DNA of 64,000 nucleotides. Origin: Gammaproteobacteria bacterium (GTDB lineage Bacteria > Pseudomonadota > Gammaproteobacteria > Pseudomonadales > Azotimanducaceae). The position numbers and the translations under genes were made by a program. The notes beneath the pieces are model-generated. The model worked only from the letters and a program-made list of their open reading frames with translations. It ran no database searches and was not told where the DNA came from. The stretch lies in assembly GCA_034522075.1 (NCBI GenBank), contig JAXHLO010000022.1:59104-123103 (forward strand), in the 5' to 3' direction. Below, in pieces: positions 47,851 through 59,387 of the stretch; within the stretch, counting starts at the first letter, position 1; the number at the start of each line of letters is the position of its first letter.

Positions 47851-48132
47851 ATGCTCGCGAACGAAGAGAAGCAGGCATCCCTGTCGCTGGAGGACCTGAT
47901 CCGCGAGGTCGCCAACGATGCCAGCCGCGACAAGCTGTTCAATCAGGCCGCTCAGACCTGGAACCATACCTTCTACTGGAACAGCATGCGGCCCGGCGGC
48001 GGCAAGACGCCGCTCATCACTATCGACGCGTGGGAGCACGCCTATTACCTGGACTACCAGAACCGCCGTCCCGACTGCGTGGACGCCTGGCTCGACAAGC
48101 TAGTGAACTGGGACTTGGCGGCGCAGAACCTG
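47851..48132 (+). pseudogene. second, internally deleted sodB copy
   Basis: [50 protein letters not shown]|[43 protein letters not shown] lacks the N-terminal about 40 aa. It also lacks about 64 codons between two GGCAAG sites seen in copy 1. Confidence 0.65.
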
Positions 48133-49872
48133 CGCTCCCACACATTCATACCTGATTTCGATCAGAAGGAACAACGTCAGGCCGTCGGCTCCGGCCCCCT
48201 CCGCCAGCGTCGCCACCGCCTCGTGGGTGCTGAGGAACACCCGTCCTGGGGAGAGCTTCTCCAGCAGCGATACCCGCTTCAGGCCGTCCATCACCGGCCC
48301 TTTCACCTCTGCCAGATGCAGCGTGGTACCGGCACCGCGCAGCTCGTCCGCCAGATTCTCAAGCGTCTCCAGGGCGCTGGTGTCGATGAAGTTGACGGCG
48401 CTGCAGATCAGCACCACGTGGCGCACGTCCGGCCGATCTGCCACCGAGTTGAGCAGCAGCTCCTCCAGGGCCTGAGTGTTGGCGTAGTAGAGACTCTCGT
48501 CCACACGAATGGCCAGCAGCCCCGGATAAGTGGTGACCGAGTGGCGGTCCACGTTGCGGAAATGCTCGGTGTCGCCCACCCTGCCCACCACCGCGGCGTG
48601 AGGCCGGCTGGTGCGCCACAGGAACAGCGCCGCCGACAGCGCCACCCCCACCGCGATTCCGGCCTCCATGCCCTCCACCAGCACGGTGACGAAGGTAGCC
48701 GCCAGCGCCATCGCGTCCGCCCGGTTGTAGCGCCAGCACAGGCGCAGGGTATGAAGGTCGAACAGCCCGGTGACGGAGACCACCACGATGGCGGCCAGCA
48801 CGGCCACCGGCAGATGGTAAAACCATGGAGTGAGGAACAAGGCCGTGAACGCGATCATGGCCGCCGTGACGATGCTGGCCACCTGGGTGCGCGCCCCGGC
48901 CTCGAAGTTCACCACCGAGCGACTGAAACCGCCGCACACCGGACTGGCGCCGGTGAAGGCGGCGCCCAGATTAGCGACACCCAGGCCCACGAGCTCCCGG
49001 TCCGCATTCACTTTCTGGCGGCGGCGTGCCGCCAGCACCCGGGCGATGGACAGGCTCTCGACGAAGCTCACCAGCGCAATGGCCAGTGCGGCGCCGCTGA
49101 GCTCGAACCACACGCCCGGCTCCAGCGGCGGCAACGCCAGCGGCGGCAGCCCCCGGGGAATGTCGCCCACCACGGTAATCCCGTAGTCCGGCAGCATGCG
49201 GCCGATCAGCAGTGTGGCAGCGGCCACCAGCACCAGCGGAAAGACCCGCACCAGCACGTCAGCACGGCGCTCGGGCACGCCCACTGCGGCCAGACCCCGG
49301 CCGCCCCGACGCGACACCACCACCAGCAGGGCCACCGCCGCAGCCGCCAGCGCCGCGGTGGCGACATGGGTTCCCTCCAGCTTGGCGACGATACCGCCGA
49401 GCACCTGGTGCACGTCGCCTCGCGGCACGGAGAGCCCGAGCAGCGGCGGCAGCTGACTCACCAGAATGACCAGCGCTGCCGCGTTGGTGAAACCGGACAG
49501 TACCGGGTGGCTGAGAAAGTTGGCCACCACGCCGAGCCGCGCCAGCCCCATGATGGTTAGCAGCAGTCCCACCAGACCCGCCACCACCAAGGCGCCGGCC
49601 AGGTATTCCGGCGAACCCGCCGGCCAGCGGGAGGTAAGGGCCGCCGCCAGCATCAGCGACGCCACCGCCACCGGGCCTACCGCCATGGTGCGGCTCGACC
49701 CCACCAGCGCATAGAGCACCGGCGGCGCCATGCTGGCATACAGGCCGATCTGCGGCGGCAGCCCGGCGAGCTGGGAATAGGCCATGGCCTGCGGCACCAG
49801 CAGGGTGGCCGTGATCACCCCGGCGATGAGGTCGCTGGTGAAATCGGAGCGAGTGTAGCCGGCGAGCTGCAT
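48100..49872 (-). CDS. SulP-family anion transporter with a C-terminal STAS domain
   Basis: [54 protein letters not shown]... followed by STAS ([22 protein letters not shown]). The last about 11 codons overlap the sodB remnant. Confidence 0.9.
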   Translation of the reverse strand: MQLAGYTRSDFTSDLIAGVITATLLVPQAMAYSQLAGLPPQIGLYASMAPPVLYALVGSSRTMAVGPVAVASLMLAAALTSRWPAGSPEYLAGALVVAGLVGLLLTIMGLARLGVVANFLSHPVLSGFTNAAALVILVSQLPPLLGLSVPRGDVHQVLGGIVAKLEGTHVATAALAAAAVALLVVVSRRGGRGLAAVGVPERRADVLVRVFPLVLVAAATLLIGRMLPDYGITVVGDIPRGLPPLALPPLEPGVWFELSGAALAIALVSFVESLSIARVLAARRRQKVNADRELVGLGVANLGAAFTGASPVCGGFSRSVVNFEAGARTQVASIVTAAMIAFTALFLTPWFYHLPVAVLAAIVVVSVTGLFDLHTLRLCWRYNRADAMALAATFVTVLVEGMEAGIAVGVALSAALFLWRTSRPHAAVVGRVGDTEHFRNVDRHSVTTYPGLLAIRVDESLYYANTQALEELLLNSVADRPDVRHVVLICSAVNFIDTSALETLENLADELRGAGTTLHLAEVKGPVMDGLKRVSLLEKLSPGRVFLSTHEAVATLAEGAGADGLTLFLLIEIRYECVGAQVLRRQVPVH

Positions 49873-49989
49873 CGACAGTCAGATCCCTTACTCCCGCAGG
49901 AACAACCTACCGTTCGCGACCGCTTTCGATCCCGGCCGTCGTCAGTCGCGACCGGGAGGTCGCTCCAACAGAAGACTCGGGGGCAGCGC

Positions 49990-50376
49990 CTACGGCCTGC
50001 CCACCGGTGCCTCCGCCGCTTCCCACGCCGCAAAACCGCCGGCCACGGCGGCGACGTTGGGCACGCCCATGTCCATCAGGGTCTTCGTGGCCAGCGCCGA
50101 GCGGCCGCCGGAACGGCAGAACAGCACCAGCCGCTTCCCGCTGGAGAACACCGGATTGTGGGCGTCCGACTCCGGATCCGCCTGAAACTCGATGAACGCC
50201 CGGGGTGCATGAGCCGAGCCGGGTATGGTGCCCTGGGCACGCTCCACCTGCTCGCGGATGTCCACGAACACCACCTCCGATTCGTTGAGCATCGATACCG
50301 CATCGTGCACCGAGATGGTATCGATCCGGGCATTGGCTTCCGCCAGCATCTGCTTGACGCCGTGCTTGAGAGTCAT
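49990..50376 (-). CDS. rhodanese-like sulfurtransferase
   Basis: VVFVDIREQVE...GTIPGSAHAP...LVLFCRSGGRSALA contains the active-site loop CRSGGRS. Its start overlaps the upstream stop (ATGA). Confidence 0.85.
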   Translation of the reverse strand: MTLKHGVKQMLAEANARIDTISVHDAVSMLNESEVVFVDIREQVERAQGTIPGSAHAPRAFIEFQADPESDAHNPVFSSGKRLVLFCRSGGRSALATKTLMDMGVPNVAAVAGGFAAWEAAEAPVGRP

Positions 50377-51248
50377 GGTTCCTCCTTGGTTGCAGCGCGT
50401 CCACTGGATTCCAGAGACACGCCGTTGCCCTCAGCCGGCGGCAGCTGCCCGGCGCGGATGTTCACCTGCACCGAGGGCAGAATGAGCGTTGGCATGTCCA
50501 GCGTGGCATCACGCGCCTCGCGCATCTTCACGTACTCCGCCTCGGAGACGCCGTCCTGCACGTGGATGTTGCTGCGCCGCTCATCGCCGACCGTGGTATC
50601 CCACATATACTCGCTGCGGCCGTCGGGCAGATAGTCGTGGCACAGGTAGAGGACCGTGTCCTCGGGCAGCTCGAACACCTTACGGATCGACCGGTACAGG
50701 GTGGCGGCATCGCCGCCGGGGAAGTCCGCGCGGGCGGTGCCGTAGTCCGGCATGAACAGGGTGTCGCCGACGAACGCCGAGGCGCCGCACACGTAGGTCA
50801 TGCAGGCCGGCGTGTGCCCCGGCGTATGCATGGCCCGGAGCTCGAGCTTACCGACGTTGAAACGCTCGCCGTCGGCGATGAGCCGGTCGAACTGGGAACC
50901 GTCGGCGGGGAAGTCGTCACCGAAATAGAACACCTCCTTGAAAATCTTCTGCACCTCGACGATGTGCTCGCCGATGGCAACCGGGGCGCTGAATACGCCC
51001 TTTAGATATTGGGAAGCGCTGAGGTGATCGGCGTGGGCGTGGGTTTCCAGGATGAGCTCCACCGTGAGCCCCCGATCACGGACGAACGCCTCTATCTGCT
51101 TCGCCTGTGCGATGTCCGTGCGTCCGGACTTGGGGTCGTAGTCCCAGACCGGATCGATGATGGCACAGCGGGACGTGGCCGGATCGATGAGCACGTAGGA
51201 AACGGTATTGGTGGCCTCGTCGAAGAACCCTCTCACTTCCTCGGTCAT
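50373..51248 (-). CDS. MBL-fold hydrolase, persulfide-dioxygenase (ETHE1/Blh)-like
   Basis: ILETHAHADHLSA (HxHxDH), HTPGHTPACMTY, GDTLFMPDYGTARADFPGG. It is cotranscribed with the rhodanese gene. ATG at 51248. Confidence 0.8.
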   Translation of the reverse strand: MTEEVRGFFDEATNTVSYVLIDPATSRCAIIDPVWDYDPKSGRTDIAQAKQIEAFVRDRGLTVELILETHAHADHLSASQYLKGVFSAPVAIGEHIVEVQKIFKEVFYFGDDFPADGSQFDRLIADGERFNVGKLELRAMHTPGHTPACMTYVCGASAFVGDTLFMPDYGTARADFPGGDAATLYRSIRKVFELPEDTVLYLCHDYLPDGRSEYMWDTTVGDERRSNIHVQDGVSEAEYVKMREARDATLDMPTLILPSVQVNIRAGQLPPAEGNGVSLESSGRAATKEEP

Positions 51249-51371
51249 GTGTGTCTCCTGTGGTCGTGTGGCGCATAGCGGCCGTGCATTGCGATCGACC
51301 CGACAGATGCCCGGCGCGCGATCAGTGTCACGCACTCAGGGCTCGCTGATTCAATGGCTGCGGGGGCAGCG

Positions 51372-51542
51372 TCAACCGCCCCTGCCCTTACCGCCGCCCT
51401 GACGGTCGCCAGGGCCCTGACCGCGGCCGGCGCCGGGACCCTGTCCACTGCCCATACCCTTGCCTCTACCACGGACGGCCGGCATGTCGGGCAGAATCAT
51501 GCCGCTAAGCCGGCGGACTCTGTTTCCACGTTGGTCGTTCAT
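51372..51542 (-). CDS. 56-aa Gly/Arg-rich small protein (weak, DUF5320-like from memory)
   Basis: An unlisted ORF reads MNDQRGNRVRRLSGMILPDMPAVRGRGKGMGSGQGPGAGRGQGPGDRQGGGKGRGG*. GGAG lies 8 nt upstream. Confidence 0.3.
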   Translation of the reverse strand: MNDQRGNRVRRLSGMILPDMPAVRGRGKGMGSGQGPGAGRGQGPGDRQGGGKGRGG

Positions 51543-51637
51543 CGTTCAACTCCTGCAGTGCTTGTTGATCCAGCGACATTTCAAAGTGGCTTGTTGCAGC
51601 TGCAGAAGACACAACACCTCCCGCATTCGACCGTTGC

Positions 51638-52303
51638 TCATACAGCTACGTCCTTCTTGCTGAAGTACCAGTCCGTGTATTCGTAGCCTTCGCTCTCGCG
51701 CTTCTCGGCGGCTTCGGTCGTCTGCGGCGGCGGCACGATGACCTTCTCGCCGGGCTGCCAGTTCTCGGGTGTTGCCACGCCATGCTCGTCCGACGTCTGC
51801 AGCGCCGTCAGCAGGCGCAGGAACTCGTCCACCGAGCGGCCATTGCTCATGGGGTAATAGACCATGGCCCGCAGCACGCCTTCAGGATCGATCAGGAACG
51901 TGGCGCGCACCGCCGACGTGTCGCTCGCGCCGGGCTGGATCATGCCGTAGGCGGAAGCGACCGCCATGGACAGGTCCTCGATGATGGGGAACGGAATCTC
52001 GACGCCGAAGTTCTCCTTGATACTGCGCACCCAGGCAATGTGGGCATAGTTGCTGTCGATAGACAGACCCAGCAGATCGCAGTTGCGCTCCTGGAACCTG
52101 TCGAAGGCCCTGGCGAATGCCATGAACTCGGTCGTACACACAGGCGTAAAGTCAGCCGGGTGCGAGAACAGCACCAACCAGCGGCCTTTGTAATCCTCCA
52201 GGGAACGCTGGCCGCAGGTGGTATTGGCCAAGAACGCCGGCGCCGGCTCGTTCAGGCGAGGCAGCCCCGTCGGCGCGGCCACATTGGTTTCCGTATTTTC
52301 CAT
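51638..52303 (-). CDS. 1-Cys/Prx6-type peroxiredoxin
   Basis: WLVLFSHPADFTPVCTTEF...IAWV...FPIIEDL...RATFLIDP. Confidence 0.9.
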   Translation of the reverse strand: MENTETNVAAPTGLPRLNEPAPAFLANTTCGQRSLEDYKGRWLVLFSHPADFTPVCTTEFMAFARAFDRFQERNCDLLGLSIDSNYAHIAWVRSIKENFGVEIPFPIIEDLSMAVASAYGMIQPGASDTSAVRATFLIDPEGVLRAMVYYPMSNGRSVDEFLRLLTALQTSDEHGVATPENWQPGEKVIVPPPQTTEAAEKRESEGYEYTDWYFSKKDVAV

Positions 52304-52329
52304 GTCAAATCTCCTTTATCTACGTTACG

Positions 52330-52620
52330 TCACCAAGTTATGCTTTTTATCCAGCTCGGAACATGCGGGATTCCACTGACCTGCCCCGGATCCGTGCTCG
52401 GTCTCAGGGACCGCGATCTTTCCTTCACGCAGCTCGAACCACATGGCATTGAGAATACCGAGGGCATGAGGAACGGGAACAACCCGAAGCCAGCCGTACG
52501 CCAGGCACCGACTTCGTGACCGGCACTGCCGGCGCTCACGTAACGCCCGGCCACGTCCGCATGGCGGTCGGAATCCACCTTCACAACGAGGGCCCGGCCG
52601 GCCAGGTTGGCGGCGGCCGG
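52330..52620 (-). pseudogene. possible DsrE-family sulfur-relay protein remnant (frameshifted and truncated)
   Basis: ALVVKVDSDRHADVAGRYVSAGSAGHEVGAW resembles the ...DP.Ra.....a..aa..GHEV.vFl region of DsrE-like proteins. It continues in another frame as PVPHALGILNAMWFELREGKIAVPETEHGSG and then stops early. The resemblance is weak. Confidence 0.25.
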
Positions 52621-52624
52621 TACA

Positions 52625-53310
52625 TTACGCGGTCTCCTTGTCCTCGGCGTGCTCGCCGCCCTTCAGGCGCAGAATGCCCAGGCCCTTCAGCACGTACTTC
52701 TCGTACACCGGCTCGGTACTGCCGGTGCGCATCTTCCGCTTCCTGAGATCGGTATCGAGGATCATGGCGAACTCGTAAGCGGGCCGAAGCAGCTCGCCCC
52801 CTGAGTAGCGCCGACGACCACCGGGCCGGGATTCTCAAGAAACTCCTCGTAGGCCCGGCCGGCCTTCTCGGCGTGCGGGGTGGTGCACACGCTGTGGCTG
52901 TTGGCACCGGGGCCGAGGCCCGGAATCTCGTTGAACGCCAGCTTCGGCCCGGTGGCGATGATCAGATAGTCATAGTCCAACTGGCTGCCGTCGCCGAGCT
53001 CCAGGCAATTGTTCTGTGCATCGATCTGCTGCACGCCCTCAGAATGGAACACGACACCGTGGCGTTCCACGTTGGGGCGGATGGGCACGAGCACCTGATC
53101 CGGCTTGCGCCAGCCCACGGCCACCCACGGGTTGGAGGGCGTGAACTGGAAATGCTCAGACGTTCCGACGAGCACCACCTCGTGATCCCGCCCGAGCGCT
53201 TTCTTGACATCGTAGGCCGCCGGCATGCCGCCGAGTCCGGCGCCCATCACCACGATCCTCGCCATTGCTATCTCCTTGGCCCGGTGAGGCTTGTCGACTA
53301 TGCTCGGCAC
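52625..53310 (-). pseudogene. sqr: sulfide:quinone oxidoreductase with a 1-nt frameshift and an internal deletion of roughly 230 codons
   Basis: The N-terminal 180 aa are intact (MARIVVMGAGLGGMPAAYDVKKALG...YDYLIIATGPKLAFNEIPGLGP...GATQGASCFGP). After a shift near 52783 it reads YEFAMILDTDLRKRKMRTGSTEPVYEKYVLKGLGILRLK. That joins the LRKRK(I)R region directly to the C-terminal ...RKMRxGxxEPxYEKYVLK tail. Confidence 0.7.
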
Positions 53311-53450
53311 CGTACATTAGCAGGCTATTAATTAGCACTAGTTGATATTACGTATGGCTGCGCCGGCATCGCCTACAAATCCCGGGCCAGGACGTCCGGA
53401 GGCGAGGCAACGGTCAGTTCCGCCGCTGGGAGCTGACACAGGCCGAGGCC

Positions 53451-53672
53451 GTGGTCGGCCTGCTGCTGCTCAAAGGGCTCAGCCACAAAGAGATCGGCCA
53501 GGCTCGGAACACCAGCGAGCGCACAGTGCGGGAACAGGCCCGGGCTCTGTACCGCAAGGCTGAGCTGTCTGGCCGCGCCGCCCTGTCGGCCTTCTTCCTG
53601 GAAGATTTGCTGCTGCCGGGAACCCAGGAACCTCAGTTCGAGAATAGCGCGGATCCGGAGGTGGATGGCTGA
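53451..53672 (+). CDS. LuxR/GerE-type HTH domain, orphan or 5'-truncated
   Basis: VVGLLLLKGLSHKEIGQARNTSERTVREQARALYRKAELSGRAALSAFFLEDLL. The in-frame upstream codons (FRRWELTQAEA) also look like part of the domain. The frame is closed by a stop near 53343 and has no ATG. Confidence 0.5.
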   Translation: MVGLLLLKGLSHKEIGQARNTSERTVREQARALYRKAELSGRAALSAFFLEDLLLPGTQEPQFENSADPEVDG

Positions 53673-53749
53673 CAAAGGTCAGCCATATCGAGATCACGGA
53701 GCTGCTGCAAGAAGATCAACGCGCGCGCAAGGTCTCCTAACCGACGTGG

Positions 53750-54125
53750 CACCGAACGGCAACATCGCGCGCAGGGGCCAGCGAACTTGCGCGAGTGGAA
53801 CGCTGGAGTTCTACCGCTTTCGCGGCATACCTAATCCTTACAGAAAGGGGTATCCATGGTGGATTCAACCGGTCGTCGCTGCCGTGAGGTGAACGTGAAA
53901 CCCTCGATGGGCTCAGTGGACGACGCCTACGATAACGCCATGGCCAAGAGCTTCTTCGCGACACTCAAATGCGAGCTGATTGACCGGCGCCGGTTCAAGA
54001 CCCAGGGCGAGGCTCGCATAGCGTCTTCAAGTTCATCGAAGGCTGGTACAACCCGCAGCGCCGTCACTCGACGCTGCACTATCTGTCACCCATCAACTAC
54101 GAGAGGTCGCTCCGTGCCCAAGCTG
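53750..54125 (+). mobile_element. IS3-family transposase (OrfB) C-terminal remnant with a frameshift
   Basis: VKPSMGSVDDAYDNAMAKSFFATLKCELIDRRRFKTQGEARIA then shifts to FKFIEGWYNPQRRHSTLHYLSPINYE. There is no catalytic N-terminal part and no OrfA. Confidence 0.6.
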
Positions 54126-54149
54126 GGGCTTGAAATCCAAGCCGGAAAC

Positions 54150-54860
54150 TATCCGCGGAAGCGGGTCAGCTCCACCCAGCTTGCTCAAGTGACGGCTCCC
54201 CCGGCAAAGCCGGGGGCCTCTCGACAGAACGCGAAGCCGCTGAAGCGGCATGATGGCCGCTACGCGGCCTCGGCGCCCCTGAAGGGGATGGCGACGCGGG
54301 TTCAGCTGACCGATCCGCCAGACCAACGTCCTCCTGGTGGCGAATGTACTCGCGGATCACGTCTTCGTCTCGCCCTACGGTCGAGACGAAGTATCCGCGG
54401 GCCCAGAAGTGCTGACCCACGAAGTTGCGCTTCCGCTCTGCATAGCGTCGCGCAATGTGAATCGCGCTCTTGCCCTTGATGTACCCCACCACCTGCGACA
54501 CCGCGTACTTCGGCGGAATCGAGATCATCATGTGCACATGATCCGGCATCAGGTGGCCTTCTTCGATCCGGCTCTCCTTCTGCTCGGCCAGACGTCTCAG
54601 CACATCCCCAAGCTCTCGCCGGATCTGCCCGAAGATCGCCTTCTTCCGGTACTTTGGAATGAACACCACGTGGTACTTACACTCCCACCGGCTGCGGCGT
54701 AGAGCCTCGATCGTAGTCTCATGGAAACTCCCTCGCGCTACGCTTCTCGGCTCACTTGAGGGAGTTCTTCATGGGACTCCCGGAATTGTCAAACTGCTGC
54801 TGCCTCCCCGGCAGAGCCGGGGGGGGGTCTCCTCGATTTTGTCTAGGGCTAGAGGAGGCC
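54150..54860 (-). mobile_element. IS200/IS605-family element (about 0.7 kb) with matching subterminal hairpins
   Basis: tnpA lies inside. Hairpin CCCCGGC-aga-GCCGGGG is at 54806-54822 (extended by a G9 run to 54827). A similar GGCTCCCCCGGC-aaa-GCCGGGGGCC is at 54194-54218. The boundaries are approximate. Confidence 0.65.
54166..54722 (-). pseudogene. tnpA: IS200-type Y1 transposase TnpA with a 1-nt shift directly after the ATG
   Basis: ...RRSRWECKYHVVFIPKYRKKAIFG...MPDHVHMMISIPPKYAVSQVVGYIKGKSA...FWARGYFVSTVG...YIRHQ. The only ATG (54722) is out of frame. Adding one G (ATGGAG instead of ATGAG) would give METTIEALRRSRWECKYH. Confidence 0.75.
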
Positions 54861-54929
54861 GTTGCAACGCAACTTGGTCCGTTCTTGGGTCCTCCGCCTG
54901 GTTGCACAAGATCCGGATTCGAGACTAGA

Positions 54930-54949
54930 ATGTACATGTTTATGTACAT
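54930..54949 (+). promoter_or_regulatory. putative antitoxin operator: two ATGTACAT palindromes
   Basis: ATGTACAT occurs at 54930-54937 and 54942-54949, 12 bp centre to centre. They sit in an AT-rich stretch 16 nt upstream of the copy-2 antitoxin ATG (54965). Confidence 0.4.
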
Positions 54950-54964
54950 GATTATTCATCCCCA

Positions 54965-55248
54965 ATGAGCGATAGACACTCAATTGCAGAAGCACGAAGC
55001 AACCTCCCTCGGCTCGTGCGCGAGGCCGAAAGCGGGAAAGCGGTCGAGCTGACACGGCGGGGCGAAGCGGTTGCCGTCTGATTGGGGCGCCGGCAGTACG
55101 AGCGACTCACCGGCGGGTACCGCAGCTTCTTGGATGCTTACGAAGATTTCACTCAAGACATTGATCTGGTCGAACTGGGTATCGACCCCGATGAGCTGTT
55201 CGCCGGGAACCCCGGGACCAAGCCCGCGGCCGCGACGTTAACCTGTGA
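54965..55248 (+). pseudogene. Phd/YefM-type antitoxin, full-length locus but frameshifted
   Basis: MSDRHSIAEARSNLPRLVREAESGKAVELTRRGEAVAV then hits a premature TGA (GCCGTCTGATTGGGG here against GCCGTCCTGATCGGG in copy 1). A second indel (GCCGGGAACCCCGGG against GCCGGAACCCGGG) lies near the 3' end. Confidence 0.6.
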
Positions 55249-55817
55249 CGACGAGGTTCCTGCTCGAGCACCAACGTGGTGTCGGAGCCACTCCGGCCGC
55301 ACCCCGCTACCACGATCATGCGAAAACTCCGCGACCATGACGGCGAAACGGCGATCCCGTCTCTCGTGTGGCATGAACTTCGATTGATGCGCCCGACTCG
55401 CCCAGGTCTGAAGGCGCGAGGCCATCGAACGTTACCTCGACGACGTGATAACGCTCGAGCTTTCCGATCCTCGATTACGACCAACGCAGCCGCCGATTGG
55501 CACGCGTTGGAGCGTGCCCGCCTCGCGGCGTCAGGTCGTACCCCGCCCTTTGTCGACGGGCAGATCGCAGCGATTGCGCACGTCAACGAACTGATACTCG
55601 TCACCTCAAACAAACCCGATTTCACCGGATTCAGGGGCCTTCAGGTCAAGTCCTGGTAGCACAGGTAGACCCCAGTCGAATCGACTCATAGGTTCTGACA
55701 AGCGACATGACCCGTATTCCCGAACAACGTCTCGCACAGAATATGACGCCGTAAAGGCGCAACAGATAAACAATATCGATGCAAGAGCAGCTCAGGTGGA
55801 ACCTGCATCTACGTCAA
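55023..55817 (+). repeat. copy 2 of the approximately 0.8-kb Phd/VapC direct repeat
   Basis: See copy 1 (38809-39575). It is 28 nt longer because of indels. Confidence 0.85.
55245..55659 (+). pseudogene. VapC-type PIN toxin, copy 2, with several indels
   Basis: An extra G disrupts the LLDTN codons (CTCGAGCACC against CTCGACACC). Further shifts occur around HELR.. and ..FPILDYDQ. The C-terminal half (ALERARLAASGRTPPFVDGQIAAIAHVNELILVTSNKPDF) is complete. Confidence 0.6.
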
Positions 55818-56150
55818 GGGTCGCGGCGCAAGCAGGATAATCGAGGCGCCAGCCAGACAAACGATCGCACCAAGCACATCCCAGGCATCAGGCATTCTGC
55901 CCTCGACAGCCCACAACCAAACCAGCGATGCGGCAATGTAGATCCCCCCGTAGGCGGCGTAGGCGCGGCCCGCCAACGGCACGTCGACACGGGTGAGCAG
56001 ATAGGCAAAGACCGCCAGGCTGACCAGCCCCGGCAATAACCACCAGATGCTCCGATCCAGGCGCAGCCAGGCCCAGAAGGCAAAACACCCGGCGATTTCC
56101 GCGACTGCGGCGCCAACGTAGGCCAGCAGACTGATACTAAGAGACGGCAT
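55809..56150 (-). CDS. ynfA: YnfA-family (UPF0060) membrane protein
   Basis: [42 protein letters not shown]...[24 protein letters not shown] parallels E. coli YnfA ([20 protein letters not shown]...GRVYAAYGGVYV). Confidence 0.8.
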   Translation of the reverse strand: MPSLSISLLAYVGAAVAEIAGCFAFWAWLRLDRSIWWLLPGLVSLAVFAYLLTRVDVPLAGRAYAAYGGIYIAASLVWLWAVEGRMPDAWDVLGAIVCLAGASIILLAPRPLT

Positions 56151-56174
56151 ATCGACTCCAGCCATTCAGGTGGC

Positions 56175-59367
<3,193 letters not shown>

Positions 59368-59387
59368 TGGCGCTTCCCCGAGGCCGG

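Noticed and set aside
55781-55818. The end of the TA repeat (GCTCAGGTGGAACCTGCATCTACGTCAAG) resembles the inner part of Tn3-family 38-bp terminal inverted repeats (..GCTCAGTGGAACGAAAACTCACGTTAAG).
   Set aside because: The outer GGGG is absent. Only about 20 of 30 positions match. The orientation would place the conserved TA genes outside the transposon. Copy 1 also lacks the final G. I cannot distinguish this from chance without a search.
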